This document shows positions 10,414-23,569 of a DNA stretch of 64,000 bases, one piece after another. This stretch comes from Anolis carolinensis (lineage: Eukaryota): positions 13,433,325-13,497,324 of the forward strand of contig NW_026943826.1 of the NCBI RefSeq assembly GCF_035594765.1, in the 5' to 3' direction. A program made the position numbers and the translations under genes. The notes under the pieces were generated by a model. That model was not told where the DNA came from. It did no database searches and saw only the letters and a program-made list of their open reading frames with translations. The first letter of the stretch is position 1. Each line of letters starts with the position of its first letter.

Positions 10414-10683
10414 CAGTAGAGTCTCAGTTATCCAACATAAACAGACGGGCACAATGTCAGATCAGCCAAAAAAAAAAAAGCGAGGAGGAGGAAGAGGGAG
10501 AAAGAAGGCAGGCAAGTGAGTGAGTGAGTGAGAGAGGAAGGGAGGGCAGTTTGCAAATGCGACAGTCGGATAATCCGGAGTGTCGGATGAGCGGAAGTCG
10601 GATAATCCAGAGTGTCGGATGAGCGGACATCGGATAACCCAGAATGTCGGATGAGCAGAGGTCGGATAGTCGGGACTCTACTC
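10414..10683. mobile_element. Tc1/mariner-type MITE (CAGTAGAGTCTCA TIR), degenerate
   Basis: TA|CAGTAGAGTCTCAGTTATCC ... GGGACTCTACT; internal GTCGGAT repeats. Confidence 0.55.
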
Positions 10684-11624
10684 TATACTGATTTGCATAT
10701 ATCAAATAAGCCTCTAATACGCTTCCTGAAATAGCTGAGTATCACTGAAAATGAACCATTCAATGTGGACGTGGACCCAGGTCCATACTTTAATCCACCA
10801 ATGGGCTCATTTTACTCTGAATATAGTTATATCAGCCTCGAACTCTTCGTTGCTTCCTAGTTTTTCCAGGAAAAAAAATTCTGTATACAATAGTTTCCCA
10901 AAATACTTGTCCCTTTCTCAGTCAATGATCTTCCTACTGGGGAAACCAACAACCAAAAGGGGCCTTCCTCAGCCCAAAGGGCATGACTTGTTTCGATATG
11001 CACCGGGAGGCCCAGAACACTGCTTCTCGAAAAACTTATTCATGCAGTTGACAAAATTTCCCGTTGCATTATTCATGGCTGAAGTTAATGTCTAAGGAAA
11101 AATTATTAGCTGAAGACACCCATTAAAAGAAACGCCTTTAAATTAAATGAATACAAAGGGATGATGAGGCCCAGCCATGGCGTCATAGTGATCTGAAAGA
11201 AGACACAGATACCTCTAGATGTTTCCAACAGGTACGTCTTGACTTTGAGAAGAACGGTTCTCTCAGAAGAACACGTCAGGAGAAAGAAATATTATTCTGG
11301 AAACAAACCAGGAAAGAGGAAGTGAAGCTTGGAGGAAGAGGAAGGAACCGCTCAGTATGCTTCACACATTGAGAATCGCTGTGCTAGTTTAAGCTATAAT
11401 GTCGTTCACATAATGTATCCCTCGACAAAGGGCATTGTGGTGTAAATTGCAAGGGTGGCATCCATCGGACATAATAGGCCACTCCCGAATCAATTAATGG
11501 CTGTCTGGGCATGGGGTGGCAATTGGTAATTAGTTTCCTATTAAATGGGGAGACCCAAGGGGTGCAGAACCTCAGAAACCACCAAGGAGAAAGGAGAGTT
11601 CTTCCGTGCTTGTTGGTCAAGAGG

Positions 11625-14600
11625 ATGGCCTTCCTTGTCTCTCTGGGGATGCCTGTGTTGTATGCCAGCCTTCTGGCTCTCTTCTTGGTGGTCGCGTGGG
11701 CCATTTACCAGGATCAGAGGAGGCTAGACATTCCCGCCGGAATCAAATACCCCGTAAGGCTACGGGTTTTGCACACCTTACTCAAATTAGGAGGCTTCGT
11801 GGTAAGTCTTCTTGATCTTAACGCCCTTCTCTGTGATTTTGTGTACATGTTTTGACGGCGTCATCATATGGATGCTTCCTTTCACTCAGTGTCACCCCAC
11901 GGCAAGGGCATGGGTGGCTTTGTCTCAGCTCATGGGGATGGAAGGTTCCAAACCTACAGTTTGGATGTCCAGCCTGCCAAAGTGGTTCTAGTTCTAGTTG
12001 GAAACTTCTAGGGGGATCTGTGTCCTCTCCGAGACCATGAGAGCACTCCGACACCATGGATATTTCCTACGGAATCCTAGGATTTGCAGTTTGTTGTCGA
12101 ATCAGAGTCCTCGGTTTTGGAATCGCCCAGTTGGATGGGGTTAAAATAAGGGGGCATGTTGTACCAAATCCAGACCCATTTCTGGGATCATATTGCTCTC
12201 TCTTGACATTCTCTTCAGAGGGAGCCTTTCTTCCCAAAGTCAAAATGTGCTGGTTGGAAAATTCTAGAGGGATCTGTGACTTCTCTGAGACCATGAGATC
12301 ACTACGACACCATGGCTTGGTCCGACGGGATCCTGGGATGGGCAGTTTGTTGTCGAATCAGAGTCCTTTCACTGAAAAAGGGAGAGATGTAGAACATGGT
12401 GGGGTTTCATATCCACGTCGAATTTCCCTTAATTAATGTCCAAAAGAGACTCGTCATGTGGGCAGTGAGGGCAGAGCTCGGAAGTGTGGAAGGAAGAGTC
12501 CCCGGGATGGGTCTCTTTGGACTTCACTTCAACAAGAACTAAGAGCAATTTGACGTGGATATGGAATCCCACCATGTATTAGGACATTCTTGGACTTCCA
12601 TTGAGCATCTTGAGTTATTCTAGACAAGGTTGAAGGATGTCTTAGAGTGTGATTGGAGCTCCCATTTTGGGGTCATTTTTGGGGTCATCTGGACAGCTGG
12701 AATGGGTGCTAGTTGAACTGGTTCTCTGTCTGAACCGTGCACCATCCCAGGGGGAAAGGGAATGGATCCTATGCGTGTTGCTGTTGTTGCTGATCCCAGC
12801 TGTCTATAGAGCACTGTGTAAGCACCTAGTCCTCATCGGTATCCCAGCCTCCCCGCATAAAGCGGTACCTAAATTTTCTACTCTTTCAAGCTGCATAGGT
12901 CAACAGGTCTTAGTGACATTAATTTCTCCTTTATATTTTTCTGTAAACAGGGATTAATTTTAGAAAAACTTAGCATCCAGAATCAGTACAGATTCATTGA
13001 CAAGGCCATTGGCTTAATTATAACCAAGAGGAGCTCAACACTGACGATCAAGGACTTTGATTTTGATGGCGTTCCGGTCAGAGTGTATTGGCCCAAAACG
13101 ACTCCTTCTGGGATGAGAAGAGGAGTGGTTCTCGTTCCTGGAGGTGGTGGCATTATGGGAAATATATGTAAGTTCTCCTGGAAACAGAGTTCAGGTGGAG
13201 TATATAGGATCTTTCTATGTACACAGTCATGAATCCCATCAGTAATAATCTCTCTTGAAATGTGATGTGTTTTTCAGGGTTGGGAGACTCACTATGCCGC
13301 TACATTGCCAAGGAGACTGATTCCGTCACTGTGAACATTGCGTAAGTGACTTCGTTCTTATTCTGGCTTTATCAGAAAAGATGTTTCCCACACTATTCGA
13401 TCCATTCCCTTTCCAAGAGACTTGACTCCAAGTTTCCAAAGAAGTCTTCCCATTGGAGGAGCCAACAAATAAGGGAGGAGTGTGTTCTCCTTAAGCCTTT
13501 TCCTTGTCCTCCAACTCGGTTCTATGGTGTGTTTCCACCAGAAGTTGACCCTATGGCCATCCTGGAGGACCTCGATATTCTAGGACAATGATGGGCAACC
13601 TTTTGCGCTTGGTGTGTCAACCATTCACCAAAAAAATCTAGCATGACTTGGGTAGTGTGTCACTTGGAGAGAAGAAAAAACATAATTTCACAATATGTAT
13701 AGTTTAAATAACAAAAATATATAATTGCAATATATAACTGTATTTAATAAATCAAAAACTATTTACTGCCATTATTTCCATGTACAACAATCTATGGGAC
13801 CTCTTGCAGTTTCCACGCTGATTTCTCTCTATTGTAGTTTCAATGTAGTCGTGAATAATTGAATAATATCTATATATATAAAAGAGTGATGGAATCCTGG
13901 CGATTGACAAAACAACAAAACTAAACACCCCACAACCTCGAAAATTGACAGCACAACCCCTCATCCACGCCTCTAGGTTGATACAACAAAAAGAAAAGAA
14001 AAATAAAGTCCTAATTAGAGGGAGAGGAATACAGTAGAGTCTCACTCATCCAAGCCTCGCTTATCCAAGCTTCTGGATAATCCAAGCCATTTTTGTAGTC
14101 AATGTTTTCAATATATTGTGATATTTTGGTGCTAAATTCGTAAATACAGTAATTACAACATAACAGTACTGCGTATTGAACTACTTTTTCTGTCAAATTT
14201 GTTGTATAGCATGATGTTTTGGTGCTTAATTTGTAAAATCATAACCTCATTTGACGTTTTATAGGCTTTTCCTTAATCCCTCCTTATTATCCAAGATATT
14301 CGCTTATCCAAGCTTCTGCCGGCCCGTTTAGCTTGGATAAGTGAGACTCTACTGTAATTGTTTTTATCCAATTGCTGCCAGTTAGAAGGCTAAGCTCCGC
14401 CCACTTGGTCTCCTAGCAACCCACTCAGCCCAGGGGACAGGCAAAGTTAGGCCTCACTTAGGCCTCTTCCACACTGCCTAAAAAATACAGACACCACCAG
14501 ACAATGCCACAGCAACGCATGGCCGGGCACAGCTAGTAATAATAAAATAATAGTAATAATATAATAATATACTACAATAATAATAGAATAATAATAGAAT

Positions 14601-14690
14601 GATTATATATATATATATATATATTAACCCGCATTAACCTAATGTAAGCCGAGGCCCCTTGGGGAGATGGAGGTGGGATGGAAAAATAAA

Positions 14691-14757
<67 letters not shown>

Positions 14758-15843
14758 GATATGGCTTCTGTTATCCATATCGGCTAAGGCTTCGTGGACT
14801 TCGTTTTCATGGACTCGGCAACCGAATCCGCCGAATCCCGTACACAAAAACAATAGCATGCACAACCCTACTATGCATTGGACTTGAATTGTAACAGGGG
14901 TTGTTAGGGTATTTTGTGCCTGTCTCTACCACATGGGTGTGTGCATAGGGGTTTTCTATCACTGGGTGACGCATCTAAAACTGACAATGGAAGGGGGGAA
15001 ACATCCTAAAATCCAGAGAACGTGATCCTGTAGTTACTGATTCAGGCTGTTTCTCGCTTCTGCTTCAGGTTTCGTTTGGCTCCAGAGAATCCCTTCCCGA
15101 TCCCAGTCATGGATTGCTGCACGGCCACCGCACACTTCTTGAAAAATGCCTCGGACTACGGAGTGGACCCGAATCGCATAGCTCTCTACGGGGAATGTAG
15201 CGGAGGGACATTTGCTGCCGTCGTTTGCCAACAGTTGGCGGCCAGGCCGGATCTCCCAAAGCCTTGCGCTCAGGTCCTCCTCTATCCCTATTTCCAGGCC
15301 GTCGATTTCAACTTGCCTTCGTATCAGCAGAACCAGGCAGTCCCCATGTTGTTCAAGAAGCGGGCCGTGCAGCTCGGCACGGTGTATCTGAAGGGGAAGA
15401 GGTTCAACATAGAGCCCGTCATGAGGAACGCTCACCTCCCCAAACACGTCTGGATGAAATACAGGAAGTGGGTCAGTCACGACCTCATCCCGGAGAGATT
15501 CAAGGGCCGGGGTTACGTGCCCATGGAGTGGCCTGAGTTTATCCCAGAAGTTTACGAACAATGCAAAGAATTAATCAACCCCATGTTTTCCCCGCTGTTG
15601 TCAGAGGATGACGTGATCCGACAGCTCCCCAAGACTTTCATTCTGACCTGCGAGTATGATGTTTTCCGAGACGACTGCCTCTTGTACAAGAAGCGGCTGG
15701 AGGACAACGGCGTCCCAGTGACGTGGTATCACGTCGAGGAAGGATTCCACTGCATAACAGTGTGGCTTGACATTCCACTCCTGGAATACCCAACTCTGAA
15801 AATGCATTTCCGTCATGTGACTGATTTCATTAACAGTATATAA
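11625..15843 (+). CDS. AADACL3/AADACL4-like gene B (410 aa; inverted duplicate of gene A; GECSGG / PGGGG variant)
   Basis: Exons 11625-11801, 12951-13167, 13278-13341, 15069-15843 (177/217/64/775), GT-AG; last exon ~90% aa identical to gene A; TATTAAA ~85 bp upstream. Confidence 0.9.
13869..14536 (+). mobile_element. Non-autonomous Helitron with nested Tc1/mariner MITE
   Basis: A|TCTATATATATAAAAGAGTGATGG ... GGCCGGGCACAGCTAG|T. Confidence 0.8.
14032..14354. mobile_element. Tc1/mariner MITE (~323 bp)
   Basis: TIRs CAGTAGAGTCTCAC / GTGAGACTCTACTG with TA duplication; near-identical copies at 29095-29421 and 54734-55056. Confidence 0.85.
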
Positions 15844-17357
15844 GACACGTGTTCTATTTTGGCTTGCTGTGAGTTTTTCGGGCTGTAGGGTCACGTTCCA
15901 GCAAAATTCTCTCCTTTGTTGCTTTCCCAAATGTTAAATTCCGCTTTAGATAGATGGAGAAAGTTAAACGGTTAAATTGAGACTCATTGAGCTCCTGTCT
16001 CAATTTACCTCTTTCTCTGGTGATCTGGCTATCTGCTCAGTCGCACAGAAATAAAATCACACTTCCAAGTTGTTGGCTGGAACCAGCGGCTCTTATCTTT
16101 ATTGCATTCAGCTGTCGCCTCCCATATTCCACAGCAATGACAATGTCCTGTGAGTACAGGAAATCTCACACTGTTTTCCTCTAGCAATAAATCTCTACTC
16201 TATGCAGTTAACTCTTACATTACTGAATTACTGGATTACATTCTGCATTACAGACACACACCGTCAGTTGGCTTTAAACTATAAGTGAAAATTTCAAAAC
16301 TACACAAAACAATACATTCACACTCAAGGTGTTTTAGATTTCAGCTCTCAGAAATCCCAGCCATTTTACCAGCTATTAGGAAGTCCAAAACATCTGGAGG
16401 AGCACAGTTTGAGAAACTCGGATCTAACTCCTTCCTTTGTTGCTTTGACGAGAAAACTTCCTTCTCCTTCTCAAGATCGCTTTTGTTTCTCTGTCCTGGC
16501 TGATCTGGTTTAGTGGACGCTCGCCAGGCACGGATTCCTTAACCACAATCATAGCTGAAATCACGACATCAACACCCATTGTTACCTAATCTCAGGAAAA
16601 GTGTAGGCAGCTGGGAGGCCTCCAAACCCTCCCTGCAACTCTCGGGGGACTCAACAAAAATGTACATGCACATATTTTATCTGGAACAATTAAGCATAAA
16701 GCAACACCCACCCAGAATGCTCCTTGAGCTCATTTACAAGCTGCAAATAACTCGAGACGGACTCATTCTAATTTTTACAAAGCCAACCGGCAGCTTCCTG
16801 GACCTTCGGCCAAGTATGTCCTGAGCAACCTATTGTCATTTGAAGGAGATTTGTAATAACACGATTGCGTCCAGAGAAGATCGGGCCGTAGATTTACGAG
16901 CGGATTAGAAAAGCCAAAAGGCTGTCATTACATTCCAGCGACTGAAGCGGTGATGATTGCAGAACCTTGTTAGCAACTCAATTCGTTCACAAGGAAATTA
17001 GCAACATTGATATCCCGCTCTTCTCACCCCGAAGGGGACTCAGGGAGGCTGACAAGTTATAGGTACATACAATACATTACATTACCGGTACAGCACCATA
17101 CACCACCACACCGCACTACACCACCATGCCGCAACACCGCCATGCAACACACAATACACAACTATAACAGTGCACTATCATCACTATCCCACTGTATCAC
17201 ACTACAACATTATCACCGATACCACATAATACATCACAGCACAATATCAACACTATACATGATTATACTCTTACATTGACAGAGGAGACGTGGTGGAATG
17301 ATGTCTTCCTGGCCACCCCGTTCTTCACTCTGACCCCAAAGCGGCAGTATTAGACCC

Positions 17358-17399
<42 letters not shown>

Positions 17400-18215
17400 C
17401 CCCCATTATTTATTTATTTATTTATTTATTTCCAATATTTCTATCCTGCCCTTCTCACCCGAAGGGACTCAGGGCGGCATACAATTGGCAACAATTCAGT
17501 GCCGGCACATCATTAAAACAAATAGTATATAAAATCTATTAGAAATAGTTAAATACAGTATAAAATATGAAACATATGGTTAAAATCCGAAAGGATCCGG
17601 CTGCTGTGATCCACATCAAGAAAGGTTTCGGCTTCACCCCGCCAAGCTCATTTTCATGCATTCGGCAACCGAATCTCCCGAATCCGGTACAACAAAACGA
17701 TATCGTGCACACCCCTAATATATATGGTGCATATGTGATACGGAGATGACCATGATGCTGTATAGTAGTAACTTAACAGGAGAGGCATTTCCAAGATTTC
17801 CTCGTGAATGAATTGAATTGCTAACAAGGTTCTGCAATGATCATATTGGGAGTTGAGGTTTTTCTCCATCTGTGTTTTTCACTTTCTTTCTCGCCCAAAA
17901 ATCAGTGGATTGGTGAAACGTTCTGAAACTCGGCAAGCTTCCAGTCATAAACGTGGCCTACAAGTGAGGTGAGTTCCATACTGATAGGACTAAAAATGAT
18001 GGAGAAACAAGCCTCTAGTTTCCCAGTCTGTTTCCTCCTCATCCTGTTTACTGGGAAGGTCCCGAAATTGGGAGCAGAGCTCTAGTTTCCCAGTTGGGAA
18101 ACTAGAGCCCTGCTCCCAATTTCGGGACCTTCCCAGTAAACAGGACGAGGAGGAAACAGAAAACGGGGCCGAAAACGGCATGGGTTTTCGCTGAGTTTCA
18201 CACCCCTAATATATA

Positions 18216-18949
18216 CAGTGTTCCCTCACTACTTTGCGGTTTTCTTTTCGCTGATTCGCTATTTTGCGGTTTTTCAATAAACTCTAAAAGAATATTAAAA
18301 ATTACAATTAACAGCCTAAGAAAGGGAGAAGCCGAAGGGAGAGAAAAGGAGCCCAAGTGGCAACGGGAGCAGAAGGAGGCAATTCATTGACACAATTGGT
18401 TGATAAAGACTTAAAATAGTGCATAACTACTAAAATAATGTATAAATATTAAAATAAATATCGCAGTTTTTCAATAAACTCTAAAATAATATTAAAAATT
18501 ACAATTAACAGCCTAAGAAAGGGCGGAAGGAGAAGCCGAAGGGAGAGGAAAGGAGCCCAAGTGGCAACGGGAGGAGAAGGAGGCAATTCATCAACACACA
18601 ATTGGTTGATACTTAAAATAGTGTATAACGACTAAAATAATGTATAAATATTAAAATAAATATAGCAGTTTTTCAATAAACTCTAAAAGAATATAAAAAA
18701 TTACAATTAACAGCCTAAGAAAGGGAGAAAGGAGAAGTCGAAGGGAGAGGAAAGGAGCCCAAGTGGCAACGGGAGGAGAAGGAGGCGTTTTATCAACACA
18801 AGATTGGTTGATAAAGACTTAAAATGTATAACTAAACTACTAAAATAATGTATAAATATTAAAATAAATATAGTGTCCCTACTTCGCGGATTTTCGCTTA
18901 TTGTGGGTGGTCCTGGAATGTAAACCTCGCGATAAGTGAAGGAACACTG
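18216..18949. mobile_element. Tigger/pogo-like MITE with ~195-bp internal triplication
   Basis: TA|CAGTGTTCCCTCACT ... AGTGAAGGAACACTG|TA; TTTTCAATAAACTCTAAAA unit at ~18270, ~18467, ~18669. Confidence 0.75.
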
Positions 18950-19435
18950 TACTCATCTACAAGGCGAACTAATGTATGTCGAGGATGAATTTTTATTCTA
19001 CGGAGTGTTTTCAAATTATTATATTTTAGCAATGTTGTGACTCGCCTCAAGACGTGAGGAGAGGCAGGTAAGAAATTATTACGATTATGATTATTTTGAA
19101 GTGTGGTGAGACGTATCTGCTGATGACCCCCAACTCTACTCCTCCTTCCCACCGAAAGCTAAGGGAGGTGTCCTGACCCTAAACTGGTGCCCGTCATTGG
19201 TAATGGACTGGATGAAGACAAACAAGTTGAAACATAATCCAGACACGAAGAAGGTTTTTATTTCCGTGGTGTTGGGTATGGTTTTGTATGGATTTCTAAC
19301 TGGTTTTTTAATACGATACTTTATTCTGTTTGTAGATTTTGAATTGTATTGAAATGTTTTTAATGTACTCCACTTGAGTCTCCTTGTGGAGAAAAAATAA
19401 CAGTTTCAATCACCATCATCATCATCATTCATTAT

Positions 19436-21754
19436 TCATAAACCTTCTAAGAAATGTATTAAACGTTTGAAGCCGCTTCGCGCACTCGGAGTTTCCAAAG
19501 GGCCGTAGTCGATGAAAAACATGATTCCGTGGAAGCCATCCTTAATGTGATGCCACGTCACCGGCACGCCGTTGTCTTCGAGGCGCTTCTTGTACAACAG
19601 GCCATCGTCACGGAGAACGTCGTACTCGCAGGTTACTAAGAAAGTCTCGGGGAGTTGGCGGATCATGTCGTCTTCGGCTACGAGTGGAGCAAACATAATA
19701 TTGCCGGCTTCCTTGAACTGTTCATAAACTTCTTGATTGAATGGATCTGGCTCCATCGGCACATAACCCCGGGCCTTAAATTCGTCTGGAATGTAGTCTG
19801 GGTTTATCCATTGTCTATATTTCACCCACATATCGGGGGGCACATGGGCGTTCCTCATACAGCCATCCACATTCAAATGCTTCCCAGTCAGGTAGGTGAT
19901 GCCGAGTTTGATGGCGCGTTTCTTAAACAGCGGGGGCACCGAATGGTTTTGCTGATACGAAGGCAAATTGAAATCCATTACCTGGAGGAACGGGTAGAGT
20001 AGGATCTGAGCTCGGAGCTTCGGGAGATCCTTCTTTGTTGCCAAATGTTGGCTAACGGCTGCGGCGAATGTTCCGCCACTACTGTCCCCACAAACAACGA
20101 TGCGATTTGGATCCACTCCGTATTTTGTTGCGTTTTTCAAAAAGTGTGTCGTGGCAGTGCAGCAATCTAGAACCGGGGCTGGGAACAGATGCTCTGGAGC
20201 CAAACAAAACCTGAAACGGAAATGAGAAACCGCCTGAATTCTCTCGTCAACAACTATTCTGAACCGTTACTTGTTTGTGATACTAATACGGTGTCATTTG
20301 CGTAGCTTAAATTACACTATATAACACGATTTTCGTTCCTAGGGTACGAATGCCATTTCCTAATTGGTTCTATCATAGAAACATGGGGAAAAATTACTAA
20401 ACTGCCGAAGCTTTGTTTTTGCAAGACATCGTGCAGCACATTTTGAGATTAAATTTGTTTCCAGGCTAAATACAAAGTTCTGGTCATCTATATATATAAA
20501 AGAGTGATGGCATCATGGCGACCCACAAAACAGCAAAACTACAGGCCCCCCAACCTCGAAATATGACAACACAACCCATCATCCACGCCTCTAGGTTGAT
20601 ACAACAAAAAGAAAAGAAAAATAAAGTCCTAATTAGAGAGAGAGGAATGATTGCTTTTATCCAATTGCTGCCAGTTAGAAGGCTAAGCTCCTCCAACTTG
20701 GTCTCCTAGCAACCCAATAAAAAATAATAAAAAACACTAAAAAATAATTAAAAACACTAAAAGATTAATACAATAAAATACTATAATAACAGAAAATAAC
20801 TAAAAATAATACAAGAAAATAATAAAATATAATAAATAAAAAGATAACTTACAATAAAATTAATTTAAAAATACAAATAACGTCAAATAAAAATTACACA
20901 ACAATTTTTAACCAATACCACCACCACTTTGCCACAGCAACGGGTGGCCGGGCACAGCGCTCCCAACGGCTCAGGTCCAGGCTATTTCTGAAATTGTATC
21001 TCCCTGTTTAGACCATTTGTGGCATTTCGGTCAACAGAGGAGGCCCTACTCTCAGTCCCACCCCTGTCACAAGTACGACTGGTGGGCACAAGAGAAGGCC
21101 TAGTTTGTGGCAGCCACAAAAATGAAGTTTCTGGAGTGGAACATCAACTTTCAAAGTAACGATCGCACAATGAAACAGGAATAACAATTTCAAACCAGGA
21201 ACAAAACATTTTCCAAATTTGGATTACATACTGTGGACACGTGTGGACAATCGGATTTTAGACAAAGATGCTCAACCTTTTTTTTTTTGGAATCATCTCA
21301 CCACTAGAACAAGTTGCTCTTCCTTAGGGAATCAGCACGGTCATGAATTGAAGGCACTTACTCAACAGACACAACCACAGAATCGCTTTTCCGGGCAATG
21401 TAGCGGCTGACCCTTTCATATGCTTCTGAAAAACACACAGTTGGAACCAATATTACTGATAGGTTTCATGATTGTGAATAGGCTACACTATCTGCTCATT
21501 TGTGTTCCCAGGAAAGTCAGGACATGACCGGAAGGATCCCATGTTCTCCTAACATTAAACTGGACCAGTGGGGATAGGGAAGAGAACACACCTACACGCA
21601 AGTCCTAACGGAACAAATTCAGGCACAGTTCAAGGTACAGGCTACTAAGCTTGTATTGATGGCAGGACGATCAAGACACTAATTCTGAATAATTCTGTTT
21701 TCATAAACTACGAAAACAGGTCGAACACTTCCCAAGTGTCTAGTACTGTGTGAT

Positions 21755-21785
<31 letters not shown>

Positions 21786-22152
21786 GACACAGCAAACAAG
21801 ATAGATATGCTGGATTTTGTATCACAAAACCACAAGTCGAACACTTCCCAAGTGTTTAGGACTGTGTGATGTATTATTATTATTATTACTATTATTATTA
21901 TTAAGTTTATTTATATTCCACTTTATCTCTCCCGAATGAGACTGAACCCAAAGGTTTATATATATATGCAAGTATACATAAATACAGACATACATGCATA
22001 CTTCTGGCTGGAGTTACACTCCATGTTAATCATGTTGAAGTTTTACTGCTCGGTTTAATGTTTTATCTGATTTGTGCTGTCGTGTCTGGGCATGGCCCCA
22101 TGTAAGCCACCCCGAGTCCCTCCGGGGAGATGGGGCGGGATATAAGAATAAA

Positions 22153-22216
<64 letters not shown>

Positions 22217-23536
22217 CCTGTGCTGACTTACAAAATTGTTCGTAATGCTTCTAAACAATATAAGAAAGTATGATAGATCGACTCCTTTCTGAGAACTTAC
22301 GAATGCTTCCAAACAAGCCGACTCCTCCATGAATTAAAACCACTCCTCTTCTGTTCCCAGCGGATGACGTTTTGGGCCAATAGACCCGCACGGGGATCTC
22401 GTCGAAGAATAAATCCTTGATGGTCAGCTTTGAGCTCTTCTTCAGCGGTATCCCGTTTATTATAACCCTCCAGATCTTGTATCGATGGCAAATGCCAAGC
22501 TTCTCGAGTATCACTCCCTGTCCACAAAAAAAGAAGAAGTTAGTATGACATGGATACAGCGGACACTAAATAGGAAATCGTGCAAATGAAAACAAGGTCA
22601 CATTAAAATGTACATATATAAAAATTAAAGGGACCGCTTAAACTGTTTGTCTCATTTCAATAATGGATCCCGAAGATACTGTCCACACCTGTCCCCAAAA
22701 TCCCAAACACACCATAGTCTAATACAGTGATGGCCAAGCTATGACACGCGTGTCAGCACTGACACGCCTAGCCATTTTTGCTGACACGCTACCGCATGCA
22801 GATTGATTGGATGACTATGTCTTTTGTGGCCAAATTTGGTGTGATTTGGTCCAGTGGTTTTGTTGTTTACTCCATGGGAATTATGCACATTACATTTATA
22901 TATACATACTAGCTGTGCCCGGCCACGCGTTGCTGTGGCAAAGTGGTGGCGGTATCGGTTAAAAAGTGTTGCGTAATTTTTATTTGACGTTATTTGTATT
23001 TTTGAAATTAATTTTATTGTAAGTTATCTTTTTATTTATTATATTTTATTATTTGCTTGTATTATTTTTAGTTATTTTCTGTTATTATAGTATTTTATTG
23101 TATTAATTTTTTAGTGTTTTTAATTATTTTTAGTGTTTTTTATTATTTTTTATTGGGTTGCTAGGAGACCAAGTTGGAGGAGCTTAGCCTTCTAACTGGC
23201 AGCAATTGGATAAAAGCAATTATTCCTCTCCCTCTAATTAGGACTTTATTTTTCTTTTCTTTTTGTTGTATCAACCTAGAGGCATGGATGATGGGTTGTG
23301 TTGTCAAATTTCGAGGTTGGGGGGCCTGTAGTTTTGTTGTTTTGTGGGTCGCCGTGATGCCATCACTCTTTTATATATATAGATGTACATATAATTTGTA
23401 AGCCACTCTGAGTCCCCTTTGGGGTGAGAAGGGTGTGATACAAATGTAGTAAATAAATGCAGTAAATAAATAAATAATAAATAGATACATTTTAGACTTA
23501 GGCTCGCCCAAAGTCTGAAATGACTTGAAGGCACAT

Positions 23537-23569
<33 letters not shown>

